Shown here in pieces: positions 36,438-47,900 of a stretch of DNA of 64,000 nucleotides. Made by a program: the position numbers and the translations under genes. The DNA is from an uncultured bacterium (lineage in GTDB: Bacteria > Krumholzibacteriota > Krumholzibacteriia > Krumholzibacteriales > Krumholzibacteriaceae). How positions within the stretch are numbered: position 1 is the stretch's first letter; every line of letters begins with the position of its first letter. The notes beneath the pieces were generated by a model. It did not search any database. It was not told where the DNA came from and saw only the letters and a program-made list of their open reading frames with translations. The stretch spans positions 480,001-544,000 of the forward strand of contig CAWFAD010000016.1 in NCBI GenBank assembly GCA_963813815.1. The letters run 5' to 3'.

Positions 36438-37751
36438 ATGAGCAACAGAACCTTGACATGTCGCCGGGGAGAGAGCGGAAGTGCTCTCATCGTAACGCTG
36501 CTCATCCTCTTCGCGGTTGCGGCGATCGGCATGACCCTCTCATCCGTATCGACCCTGGATTTGAAAATATCGGGGAACGAGCGGACGTCGAAACAGGCGC
36601 TCTTCGTCGCCGAGGCCGGTCTCAACGAGGCGATGCACAGGCTCATGATCCCGAGTCCCACGACCGCGACGGTCGGGGGTTGGACCGGAAACGTGGCCAT
36701 CGCTGATTCCGAGCCCTTGGATCCCAACTGGACGGTGAAGCTCTATCTCTCGAACCCGGGCTCCGTGCCGGCGGGGAGCGGATCCGTGCATACGACCGGA
36801 ACCGTGCAGAACCTCTCGTCCGGAGATGCTCTCGCCTACAGCGTCGGCAGCGGGAGCGAAGGCGTTCTCACCATACAGCACAAATGGATCGATCGCGACG
36901 GGGACGGCGCGAGGGATCAGAATGAGATAGTCCGGTACGATCGCATCCAAGCGCCTCCCGAAAACTTCGTTTCCGGAAGCCCGGTCGAGGTCGTCACGGT
37001 GGCCGGCAGGGCGGGAAGCGGCAGGGAAATGATACTGGCCGAGGTCTGCAAGGAAAGGGCCATCGTGAGAACGCTCGGAGCGCTCTACCTCGACAAGGCG
37101 GTGGAGCTCACCGGAAGCTCGTCTTTCTGCGGGTACGATCACGACTTCGCGATACCGGACGAAACGCCCGTCAGCGATCCAGGCACGGGGGGCGGGGGCG
37201 GGGGCGGGGGAGCCGGATTGGCTCTCTGCGACGACTACCATCTCTCCGCCGGAAGCCTTCCCGGAGTGACGACGACGGGCGACGAAATCCAAGTGAGGGG
37301 CTCGTCGGATGTCGTGGGGTATCCTTCGCCGCTCAACAAGTCTGCTTCCAATCCTTTCTACTCGCTCAGTCAGACGCTCGGGATGGACGACGCCCAGGTG
37401 CAGCGCATCCTGGCGGACGCCGACAACAGGACGATCGTGAATCCGCTGAGGGGCATCACCTATATCAACGGGGACGCCAATATCACGAGCAACCTGACGG
37501 GCGAGGGATTGCTCTACATCACGGGCGATCTTCATGCGGCGGGCGAGTTCATCTACAAGGGGCTCGTCTACGTCGAGGGCGACGTCAGGTTCACCGGATC
37601 GCCCTGGATTCTGGGGAGCATGATCGTGCGCGGCACGACCGATTTCAACTTCTCCTCGGGCAACGCCGCGATACTCTACAGCAGCGAAGCCCTCAAGAGA
37701 GCTCTCGACTCCGCGATGCCCGGCCTCGTGCTTTCGTGGAAGGACATTTAA
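36438..37751 (+). CDS. PilX-N-terminal (minor pilin-like) protein
   Basis: ESG-SALIVTLLIL class III-like signal, ALFVAEAGLNEA, and C-terminal G.L.ITGD/G.VYV.GD repeats ending SWKD. Confidence 0.82.
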   Translation: MSNRTLTCRRGESGSALIVTLLILFAVAAIGMTLSSVSTLDLKISGNERTSKQALFVAEAGLNEAMHRLMIPSPTTATVGGWTGNVAIADSEPLDPNWTVKLYLSNPGSVPAGSGSVHTTGTVQNLSSGDALAYSVGSGSEGVLTIQHKWIDRDGDGARDQNEIVRYDRIQAPPENFVSGSPVEVVTVAGRAGSGREMILAEVCKERAIVRTLGALYLDKAVELTGSSSFCGYDHDFAIPDETPVSDPGTGGGGGGGGAGLALCDDYHLSAGSLPGVTTTGDEIQVRGSSDVVGYPSPLNKSASNPFYSLSQTLGMDDAQVQRILADADNRTIVNPLRGITYINGDANITSNLTGEGLLYITGDLHAAGEFIYKGLVYVEGDVRFTGSPWILGSMIVRGTTDFNFSSGNAAILYSSEALKRALDSAMPGLVLSWKDI

Positions 37752-37801
37752 GCGGGCGGGAGGAGCCGGCGGCTCCACTGGCAGACCCCCCGCGCTAGAT
37801 C

Positions 37802-37843
37802 GAGGGCCGACGATACAGCGTATCGCCGGCCCTCTTCAATTTT
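37802..37843 (+). terminator. Probable intrinsic terminator
   Basis: GAGGGCCGACGATAC-AGC-GTATCGCCGGCCCTC followed by TTCAATTTT. Confidence 0.6.
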
Positions 37844-37870
37844 GGCCGTTTTCCCCCTTGTCAAAAATAA

Positions 37871-37899
37871 TTTACAAGCCGCGCCAATTGGTGTACAAT
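37871..37899 (+). promoter_or_regulatory. sigma70 promoter of the CHAT operon
   Basis: TTTACA-17 nt-TACAAT. Confidence 0.6.
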
Positions 37900-38020
37900 C
37901 ATTCCACCCTCGCACAGGCGAATACCCCGGCGGATGATGGGCGATTCATCCAGGCGTCCGCCGTTCGCCCGATGCGAGAGCGGCTCATAGGGGAATTGCT
38001 GACAATCTCAAGGTGCGACG

Positions 38021-41000
38021 ATGCGGGTCGTTTCGATCAGGGCGACTGCGCGCGCGACAGTCGGCACGCGAGGCTGCTCCTCCGCCCGGCCGGCGGCCAT
38101 GGGTCGCGGGCGGAAGCGCTGCGGGCGGCGCTCTGCGCCCGCCGTCATCCTGCTCGGCTTCGCGGCCCTTCTTTGGCCCGCCGCCGCTTCGAGCGCGGAT
38201 CCGATCGCGGATCTCATCGCGTGCGCCGATTCTCTCGCGCGGGCCGGCGATGAGCGCGGATTCGCCGGGCTCGTGCGCGATCGCGGGATGCTCATCGGCG
38301 CCGCGGTCGGCCGGCTGCTCGACGCGGCCATCGAAGCCGGCGAGGCGGGAGACGGCGATTCGGAGCGGGAAACCGCGGCGCTCGCCGGGAGGCTCGCCGC
38401 GGTCCGTGCGGAGCGAGCCGGCGCCGGGACGCCGCTCGAGCTCGTGCTCGCACAGAATAAATGGACGGGCGAGCAACGGGCCCTTCGCGCGCGGGCGCGG
38501 GCGATCGAGGCGGAAGCGGTCGCGGCTCGTGACGCCGGAGAGCTCGATCTCGCCGCGACGAAATTCCGGGAAGCGTTGGAGCTCTACCGGCTCATCGACG
38601 ACCGCCGTTCGATCGCGGTGGCGTGGGGGAGTCTCGGCGTCGTTCACTGGTCCCGGGGCGATTGGGAGGCCGTTCGCGACTGCTACACGCGCGCCCTCGA
38701 GGCCCGGCGCGGCATCGAAGACCGGATGCTCGAGGGAAAGAGCCTGAACGGGCTCGGTTCCGTCCACTTCCAGATGGGAGATTTCGATACCGCCGTCGCG
38801 TTCTACCGGCGCGCGGCGGCGCTCCGCCGCGAAATCGGAGACGCCGGGGGGCTCGTGCAGACGCTCAATTACCTCGGCGCGACGCTCGATCGGATGGGGC
38901 GTCTCGGCGAAGCGGCCGAAACCCTCGAGGAAGCGCTCGGCGAGATCGGCGCCGCGGACGATCCGCTTCGCCGCGTCGAGTTCCTGAACACGCTCGGGAG
39001 CACCCTTTTCAAAATGGGCCGTCTGAAGGGCGCTGAAAGCGCGGCCCGCGAGGCGGTCGATCTCTGCGAGGCCGTCGGAGAAACGAATTTCGAGGCGAGC
39101 TGCAGGATCAATCTCGCCGATCTTCTCAATGCGACCGGGAGATATCGGGAGGGTATCGCCGAGCTCGATCGGGTGAGCCGTTCGCTCGAGCGGGTGACCG
39201 ACACCACGATCCCCTACTCTCTCTATCGAACCCGCGGGCTCCTCTATCTCGGCATGGGAGAGCTCGAACAGGCCCGAAACGATCTGGTGCGAAGCCTGGA
39301 GCTGGCCGAAGCCTCCGGCGCCGCGGGCTGCCGCATACAGGCGTTCATCAATCTCGCGAGCCTTTTCATGGAATTGCAGGCCGTGGAGGAAGGGCTCGAG
39401 TACGCGCAGCGAGCGTCGGATCTCGCGGCCGAGTCGCAGGATCTTCCCCTGCTGCGCGACGCGCTGCTCGTCACGGCCGCCCTCAACGAGCAGCGGGGGC
39501 GTTACGAGGATGCGCTCGCTCTCTATCGGCGCGCGGCCGATCTGGACGAGGAGCTCGGAAACAGGTGGGACGCGGTCTCGGACAGGATATCGATCTGCAA
39601 CTCGCTCGCGGCGCTCGGAAGGCGCGTGGAAGCCCGAAACGGATTCCGCGACGTCCAACCGGCGGCCGCCGAGCTCGAGACGCGGAGCTTCGACGGGGTC
39701 ATTCATTTCGGCATCGGCCATACCTACGAGACCGTCGATCGGGACAGCGCGGCATGGCACTACGAGCGGGCCCTCGAGTGCCTCGAGAAGGAAAGGGCCT
39801 CCATCGGCGGGAGCGAGCTCCGGAGCGGATTCCTCTCGGGCGACAAACGCCGGTTGTACGAGGAGGTCGGCATCTACTACGCGGCGGAGGCCCGCGCGAG
39901 CGGCGACGCGGCGTGGGCCGACAGGGCGTTTCGGACGATCGAGAGGGGCAAGGCGCGGGGCCTGCTCGATCTGCTCGGGGCGCGCGTCGCGGCCGATTGT
40001 CCGCCCGCGGAGGAAGCTCTCCTCGATTCGATCTATCGGCTCGATCCCGGCGCTCCCGGCTACCGCGAGCGGAAGCTGCTCGCCGAGAACCGGTACGCGG
40101 AGATGAGGGACAGGCGAATGGAAACCTCGCTCGGAGGCCTGCGGCCCGCGGCCGAGGTATCCTCGATTGCCGATGTCAGGGCTCAATTGACGGCGGGGAC
40201 TGTCGTATTTTCATACGCGCTCGGCGATACGGCGTCGCTCCTCTGGGTCATCGATTCGAACGGGTGCGATCTGCACCGGCTTCCGGGCCGTTCCGCTATC
40301 GACCTCGAGGTCATGCGGTTCAGGGATGCGATGGCGAGACCGGGAAAGCGCGACGACGTTCTCGTTTCCGCTTCGCGAAATCTCTACAGAACACTGGTCG
40401 AACCCGGCGCCGCGAGGCTCGAGGGCGCGAAATCGATCGTGTTCGCGCCGGACGGCTCGCTCTTCGAGCTGCCGTTTGAGGCGCTTCTCACCGGCGAGCC
40501 GGCCGAGGGGGCCGGTTGGCGGGGCATGCCGTTTCTCGCCGGGGCCTTCACGACGCTCTATGTCCCGTCGGGCACCATATTTTGCAGCCTGCGCTCCGCC
40601 GTTCGACCGCGGGATTACCGGAAGCAGCTGCTCGCCGTCGGCGATCCCGATCTTTCGGCCTTTCCCCAAGCCCCCGGGGGCGAAACGAGGCTACCCGAGC
40701 TGCCGTACTCGAAGGTCGAGATCGAATCGATCTGCGCCCTTCTCGATCGGGGGCAGGCGGATATGCTCTGCGGGAAAGAGGCGAGCGAAGGCCGGCTGAA
40801 GGCGTATCTGCGGGGGGGCTGCCCGCGCATCGTGCACCTGGCCGCTCACGGGCTCGTCGACCGCGTCGAGTCCGCCGCTTCGTGCGTCGCGCTCTGCCCC
40901 GACACGCTCGAGGGAGAAGACGGCTATCTTCATACGCTCGAAATACTCCAGATGCCGTTCGATGCGGCCCTCGTCGTGGTGAGCGCCTGCGAATCGGCCG

Positions 41001-41275
41001 TCGGGCGGGTGAGCAGGGGAGAAGGCGTCATCGGGCTGAGCCGGGCGTTCATCGGCGCCGGCTCCGGAGGCGTCGTGGCGAGTCTCTGGGCCGTGTCGGA
41101 TCGCTCGACGGCGGAGCTCATGAGAATATTCTATGAACACATGATGACCGAACGGAGGCCCGCGGCGAGCGCTCTCGCCGAGGCGAGGCTCGCGCTGCTG
41201 CGCTCGCCGGATTTTTCCCATCCGTTTCATTGGTCTCCCTTTGTGGCGGTCGGAACGGACAGGATGCCCTGGTAG
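38021..41275 (+). CDS. TPR-CHAT (caspase-like) protease with predicted signal peptide
   Basis: VILLGFAALLWPAAASSA leader, many TPRs, PDGSL.ELPFEAL, VHLAAHG (His), VVSACES (Cys), VVASLWAVSD and HPFHWSPF. Start may be 38099. Confidence 0.92.
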   Translation: MRVVSIRATARATVGTRGCSSARPAAMGRGRKRCGRRSAPAVILLGFAALLWPAAASSADPIADLIACADSLARAGDERGFAGLVRDRGMLIGAAVGRLLDAAIEAGEAGDGDSERETAALAGRLAAVRAERAGAGTPLELVLAQNKWTGEQRALRARARAIEAEAVAARDAGELDLAATKFREALELYRLIDDRRSIAVAWGSLGVVHWSRGDWEAVRDCYTRALEARRGIEDRMLEGKSLNGLGSVHFQMGDFDTAVAFYRRAAALRREIGDAGGLVQTLNYLGATLDRMGRLGEAAETLEEALGEIGAADDPLRRVEFLNTLGSTLFKMGRLKGAESAAREAVDLCEAVGETNFEASCRINLADLLNATGRYREGIAELDRVSRSLERVTDTTIPYSLYRTRGLLYLGMGELEQARNDLVRSLELAEASGAAGCRIQAFINLASLFMELQAVEEGLEYAQRASDLAAESQDLPLLRDALLVTAALNEQRGRYEDALALYRRAADLDEELGNRWDAVSDRISICNSLAALGRRVEARNGFRDVQPAAAELETRSFDGVIHFGIGHTYETVDRDSAAWHYERALECLEKERASIGGSELRSGFLSGDKRRLYEEVGIYYAAEARASGDAAWADRAFRTIERGKARGLLDLLGARVAADCPPAEEALLDSIYRLDPGAPGYRERKLLAENRYAEMRDRRMETSLGGLRPAAEVSSIADVRAQLTAGTVVFSYALGDTASLLWVIDSNGCDLHRLPGRSAIDLEVMRFRDAMARPGKRDDVLVSASRNLYRTLVEPGAARLEGAKSIVFAPDGSLFELPFEALLTGEPAEGAGWRGMPFLAGAFTTLYVPSGTIFCSLRSAVRPRDYRKQLLAVGDPDLSAFPQAPGGETRLPELPYSKVEIESICALLDRGQADMLCGKEASEGRLKAYLRGGCPRIVHLAAHGLVDRVESAASCVALCPDTLEGEDGYLHTLEILQMPFDAALVVVSACESAVGRVSRGEGVIGLSRAFIGAGSGGVVASLWAVSDRSTAELMRIFYEHMMTERRPAASALAEARLALLRSPDFSHPFHWSPFVAVGTDRMPW

Positions 41276-41368
41276 GCGGCGGCGCTCGACTGAGGACGAG
41301 GGGACTTTTCGTCGACATAGATGCTGCAGGTCGGATCCTACGTTGGCTGATTCGAGGAGGTGTCGCCA

Positions 41369-41905
41369 ATGCGAGGAATTTCTATCGGTCTCGCCGTGTG
41401 CCTGCTCGGGGCGGCGTTGCCGCGGCAGAACGCCGTCGCGACGCAGATCGAGCATCGGAGTCCGAGACAACTGGCGGAAGAATCGGCGCTCGTCGTTCGG
41501 GGAACGGTCGCCGGCGTGCGGTCTTTTTGGAACGCGCGCGGAACGAAAATCTTCACCGAAGCGACCGTCGAGGTCGATCAAACCTACCAAGGGCGCGACT
41601 CCCGGTCGATCCGTGTCGTCCAGATAGGAGGCGTCGTCGGCCATGTCCGCATGGCCGTCGCAGGCGCGCTCGCCTGGCGGCGGGGCGAGGAGGTGTTGCT
41701 CTTTCTCGAGCGATATGACGACGCTTCGTTCCAGGTGACCGGCTTCTCGCAGGGGAAGTACGCCATCGAGCGCGACGCGGCGACGGGACGGGCGTTCGTC
41801 CGCGGCGCCGGCGAGCTCGCCGGCGTTCCCGAAGGCCCGGCAGCGCGCCCGCTCGCCACGGTTTCGCTCGAAACCTTCATCGAACGCGCTCTCGGCCGAG
41901 AGTAG
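41369..41905 (+). CDS. Exported protein resembling a free-standing matrixin-associated pro-domain
   Basis: GAGGAGG RBS, signal peptide, and LA.ES.LVV.GTV...S.W...I.T...GG.VG...G....GEEVLLFL pattern. Confidence 0.65.
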   Translation: MRGISIGLAVCLLGAALPRQNAVATQIEHRSPRQLAEESALVVRGTVAGVRSFWNARGTKIFTEATVEVDQTYQGRDSRSIRVVQIGGVVGHVRMAVAGALAWRRGEEVLLFLERYDDASFQVTGFSQGKYAIERDAATGRAFVRGAGELAGVPEGPAARPLATVSLETFIERALGRE

Positions 41906-41920
41906 GAAAGGAGGAAGGCA

Positions 41921-44900
41921 ATGTTTCGCAAAAAAATCATCGCGATCGTAACCGGCGTCTTCCTCGCGCTCCTGCTCTCGATGGGCATCGAGGGGCAGAT
42001 CAGCGGGTTCATGGACGGGGACGGCGATGGGGTTCCCGATTCGACCGATCTCTGCCCGTTCGAGGACGCCTCGTATTTCGACCGGGACGGCGACGGATGT
42101 CCCGATCAGGTTCGCAGCGCCCGGCACGTCGAGTACTGGGACGCGGACGATATGCCCTTCGTCTACGCGATTCACGAAGGGGGAGCGCCGGGCATCGACG
42201 ACGGAAGCGATTTCGCCGCGCTGCAGGCGGGCATGAATGTATGGGCCGCCGTCCCCGGCACCGACTTTTCGCTGCTCTACGGCGGCACGACGGCGCAATC
42301 GGTCGCGGCCGCGCTCGACCGGGTGAACCTCGTCACCTTCGAGGACGACGAGTATTACTTCCCCTCCGCCGTACTGGCGGTCGGAATTTCGACCTCGTTC
42401 ACGGTCGATAGCCTCTACGACGGCACGTTCTATCGCGCCGGTCAGATTCTCGACGCGGATATGATATTCAATCCGTCGAAGACGTTCGTCACGGCGACCG
42501 CGGGCTCGGACGGGGCGGATATCGCGAGCATAGCGGCTCATGAAGCCGGGCATCTCTTCGGCATTTCGCACGCCGCGGTATGGACGTCGACGCTGTTCTT
42601 CGTGCTCGGTCCTGGGGGCGCCTCCGCGGATCTCGAGCGCGAGGACGAGCTGATGTTTCTCCGGTCCTATCCGGATTCCGCCACGCTCGCGACCTCGAGC
42701 CGGCTCGGCGGGACGGTCGCCGACGGCTTGTCGGGCGAGCCGATTCCCGGCGCGATCGTGTTCGCGGTGAGCGCGTCGACGGGAGATACGCTCGGCTGCG
42801 ACTATACCCTTCCGGACGGAAGCTATCTGTTTCTCGGCCTGCCGGACGGCGAATACTACGTGGACATATATCCTCTGGATGCCTCGGCGCCCATCGGGTA
42901 TATGCAGCCGGGCCACGTCAATTGGCTCGTCGCCTCAACCGCCGTGACGAGCTTCAAGCCGGAATCGTGGGACCTCGCCGAATCGTTCGACGACGATCCG
43001 TCCGCGCGGGACGCGGTGGCGGTGAGCGCCGGAGCGATGACGACGGCCGATCTCGTGACCGATATCGACGTGACGCCGCCGGCCGTGGTCGAGATCATCC
43101 CGGAGAGCGGAGCGGTGGGGGTATACGCGAGCGCGGTGGTGCTCGCCCGGTTCTCGGAGCCGATCGATCCGGAAACGATCGCCGGCAACTTTCGACTCGT
43201 GAACACGTCGTCTCTCGCGTCCGTGGGCGGAAGCGCCGGCGTTTTGAACGGAGATTCGCTGATCGCCTTCGCGCCGTCCGCCTCCCTCGCCTTCTCGACG
43301 CGATACGAGCTCACCATCGACGCGGGAATAGCGGATCGATTCGGCAACCCGCTCGGAACGCCGTTTGTCGCCTCCTTCACGACCGAAGCCGAGCCGCCGC
43401 TTCATGTCGCCGGCATCGTTCCCGCGTCGGCCTCCGCCGGGTCGGTTGTTATCTTCACGGGAACGGGGTTCGATCCGGATCCTGACGCCACAACGGTGCA
43501 TTTCGCCGGCGCCGACGCCGTGCCGGTCGACGCCTCGGCGACGGCGCTTGTCGTGTGGGTGCCGCCGGAAGCGGAAACGGGCGAGGTGACGATCGAAAAC
43601 TCGCTCGGCGCGAGCAACGGAATACTCTTCACGGTGCTGCCCTCATCCGAGGTCGCGAGGATCTATCAGGCGGGCGTCGTCGGAACGGACGACCTGCCGA
43701 GATCTCTCGCGGTGACGCCCGATGGAGCGTACGTCTATGTCGCCACTGCCGGTGGGTTGCTCGCGGCGGTCGCCGATCCCGGCAACCCCGATTTTCTCGC
43801 CGTGACGAAGATCGACGTGGCCGGCGGGCTGACCGATCTCGATGTAACGCCCGACGGAAAACGGGTCTACGGCGTTTGCCGGACGCTCGGTCTGATCCAC
43901 GTGTTCGACTCCGATCCGGGCGACGGCGCGCTGTTCAACACTCGTATAGCGACGCTTTCGACGGGCAAGGCGCCCCTCGGCGTGCTCATCGAGCCGACCG
44001 GAACGCGCGCGTTCGTTCCCGTCGAAGGCGGCGCCGTCCAGATCTGGGACGTATCGCGCTCCAGCGCGAGCGTGCACGAGCAAGTCGGCGTCATACCGCC
44101 GGCCGATCCCAACATCCTCGGTAAAATGGCGATCGATCCGGCGGGGGAACGATTGCTCGTTCCGACGACGACGGGCAGACTGCTCGCCTTCGACCTCGCT
44201 TCTCTCGCCCTCGTCGCCGAGGCTGGAATCGGATCCGAGCCCCGCGACGTGGCGATCGATCCGGCCGGGATGCGCGCCTATGTGAGCGACGAGGCCGGCA
44301 ACGTGTCCGTCATCTCCCTCGCCGGCGTCTCGTACGTGCAGGATATTCCGGTCGGCGGCTCGCTGCGCGGCGTCGACATAACGCCCGCGGGACAGTTTCT
44401 GTACGTCGCGAACCGGGAAACGAACGTCCTCGGCATCGTCGATCTCCGCGAAGACAGCCCGTCGTTCAGGCACGTCGTCGCGACGATTCCGCAGGGGATC
44501 AATCCGGTGGACGTCGCGCTCTCGCCGAACGGCCTGTACGCCTATTCGATCGCGGAGGAAGAGCGCATCCTCTCCGTGGCGGCGATCGGCGTGGGGCCCG
44601 CCTTCCGGAGCCTCTCCCGGCGGGCGGGACCGGTCGGGACGAAACTCGTGATCGCCGGCTCCGACTTCGAGGGCCCCTGCGCGATCGATTTCACCGGTTC
44701 GGGCGATACTCCGATCCGGGCCGTTCCCGAGCGTTCGTCGGGGACCGCGCTCGTCGTCGCGGTGCCCGAGGGAGGGCAGAGCGGGCCGGTCAGCGTCGTG
44801 GACGGAGAGGGAAAGCGATCGAACAGCCAGTACTTCGAGGCGCTCGGCCCCACTCCCGAACCGGGCCGGGTGCGCCTCATGTACGGCGCCGGAATCGATC

Positions 44901-47900
44901 CGGCGATCGACGCCGCTGCCGTGATGGCGATCGCTCCTTCGGGGGATCAGGCGATCATCGGAACGGAGAACGGCCAAATCCTCTGTGTCGATCTCGACCC
45001 TTCGAGCTCCACGTACAACCAGACGCTGCACGTTTCGACGATCGGATCGAAGGCCGTCACGGCTCTCGCCGTCGTTCCTGACGGGAGCGTCGCGTACGTG
45101 GCGCTCGAAAACGCCGGGACGGCGGCCGAGTTCTACGTCGTCGACGTGAACCGACATAGCGCCGCCTACGGCTCCGTCGTCGGCGCGGTGGACTTCAGCT
45201 CGTATCCGGCGATCGTGAGCGAGGAAGACAGCGCGGTTTCGGAAGACGAGTCCTGCGTCTACGCGGGCGAAATATCGATCAGCCCGGACGGGGCGATCTG
45301 TCTCATCCAGGACGCCTGCTCGGACCTGATCTATATGGTCGACATCCTTCCCGGTTCTCCGACGCAGAACGCGGTCGTCGATACGATCTGCATGCCGAGA
45401 GTGACCGAGATCGCGTTTCATCCGGGCGGCGAGTACGCGTACGTCACGTCGGCGTTTCTCCTCAGGGCGTATGTTCTCGACATGAATCCGGAGAGCAGCA
45501 CGTTCGGAGCAATCGTGAACAGCATCGAGCTGCCCTCTCCGCACGCGAATTCCTCGCTGATATGCCATCCGCTGGCGCTCGACTTCGCGCCGGACGGGTC
45601 CCGGTGTCTGGTGCTCGGCAAGGATTTCACCGAGAATCAACCGTACATCCACACGCTCGACACCACGGATCCCATGAATCCGGTGCAGATAGGCGTCGAT
45701 CTTTTCGGCGAGCCGTTTCCGATGTCCGGAACGAAGGCGATCCGGATATCGCCTCGCGGCGACCGGTGTGTCGTCGCTCTCAACGATATCGGGCTCATGA
45801 ACCTCGATATCTCGGAGCGCCCCTATGAGGTGCTCGATCATTTCGCCGATGATTTCTACGGGATCGAGGTCGAGACGGGATTCGCCCCGGACGGCGAAAA
45901 CGTCTTCGTCCTGAGCGCGGCCGCCGACTCGCTCATCACCTTCGACTTCGGGGACGCGGCGTCCGTGTCGCTCGCGTCGGGCGACGGCCAGACGGGCGTC
46001 GCCGGGGAAATTCTTCCCGCCGGGCTCAAGGTGCGGGTCATCGACGGAAGCGGCGAGCCGGCGGCCGGCATCGCCGTCACGTTCCTCGTGACGGAGGGTG
46101 GCGGTTCCTTCGTCGGCACGGGAACGCCGCTCGCGATCGCGGCCACCGATCCGGAGGGGATCGCGAACGTCGCCTGGCGACTCGGACCGAACCTCGGCGT
46201 CCAGCGCGTCAGCGCCTTCGGATACGGGCTCGCCGGCTCGCCGGTCGGCTTTTCCGCCGAGGCGGTCGAGAATCCGGCCGAGCTGCCACTCGAGCTCGCC
46301 GATCTCGCGCCCGCGACCGGAGCGGCGGAGGTGAGCGTGACGACGGCGATCAAGGGCACGTTCAGCCGCGCCGTCGATCCGGCGACGGTGGATGCGTCGG
46401 CGTTTTCCCTGCGGAAGGCGGACGACTCCTCGCCGGTCCCCGTTTCATACGGCTTCACGTCGGAGAATCGCGAGGTATCGCTGGCTCCGCTCGTCAATCT
46501 CGAGTTCGGCGCCGAATACGTGATCGAGATCTCCGGCGCGTTGCTGGATGCCGACGGCGGACCGGTGCAGAATCCGCTGGCGTCCAGCTTCACGACCTCG
46601 GCCTCCGTTCCGCCCGCGCTCGACGCCGTCAGTCCCCCCGGCGCCGTCGCGTACACGCCGGTCATACTGTCGGGCGAGGGATTCGACGCGGTGCCGTCGA
46701 ACAACACGGTGCTCTTCAACGACGTTCCTGCCACGCCCGTCGCGGGCGGGTTCGATTACCTCGAGGTGAAGGTGCCGGCCGGGATCGAAAGCGCGCTCGT
46801 CCGCGTGGTCGTCGGACCGGACACCTCGAACGCCGTTGCGTTCGCCGGGCTCGTGCCGGAATTCGAGCCCATCGACGAGGTGATCGCGACGGTGAACACC
46901 GGCTACGCCACGCAGGCGGTGGCCGTGACGTCCGACGGATCGAGGGCCTATGCCATATCGCCCGAATCGGATGTCGCCGTGCCGGTCGACCTCGTCAATC
47001 TCGCATCGCTCGCCCCCATTTCGGTCGGAGACCACCCCGTCTCGATCGCGATGCATCCGAGGAGCACGTTCGCGTTCGTCGCGAACTTCGGCTCCGGGAC
47101 GGTTTCGGAGATCGACGTCGATCCGGCATCGCCGTACTATCACTCGATCCGCGCGAATCTGCCGGTCGAGGCGAATCCGATCGATCTCGCGGTGAGTCCC
47201 GAGGGCGATCGGCTCTACGTCGTCAACGCCGGGTCGGCTTCGATCAGCATCATCGACACCGACGAGGAAAGCGAGACGTATCACGAGGCGCTGGCGACCG
47301 TCGAGACCGAATCCGCCGTGAACTGCGTGGCGGTCGCGCCCGACGGCTCGAGGATCTATATCGGCACCGATTCCGGGTTCATTGTCCTCGATCCGATGAG
47401 CTATGCGGTCCTCGCGAGGATCAGCACCGGCTCCGCGACGAAGACGGTGACGATCGTGCCAGATGGAACGCTCATGTTCCTGCTCACGGACGGCGGCGAG
47501 GTGTTCGTCGTCGACATCGAGCCGGGCAGCGCCACGGAAAACGCCGTCGTGGCCCACATCGGCGTGGGTTCGACGGTCAGCTCGGTGACCATCAAGGCCG
47601 ACGGAACGCTGCTCTACCTGATTCAGGAGGAGTCCGACGTCGTGCTGGTGGTTCTCATCGAGCTCCTCGACGCGGTCGCCGTGCTCGATCCGGGCGAAGA
47701 GCTGCCGCCGAAAACGGTGCGTGTCAGCGTGGTCGATTCGCTGTGGGCCGGCGAGGATCCGACGGCGCTCGCGTTCGATCCGACCGGTTCCGGACTGGCC
47801 TACGTTACGAACGCCGGACCGCGGACGATCACGGTGCTCAACGTCTCGGAGGTGCCGTACATCACCTGTACGGTGGCGGCGCCTCCCGACACCTTCGTCT

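Noticed and set aside
37187..37210. (GGGGGC)n run, possible G-quadruplex or phase-variable tract
   Set aside because: Explained as an in-frame poly-Gly linker; 6-nt unit changes would keep the frame.
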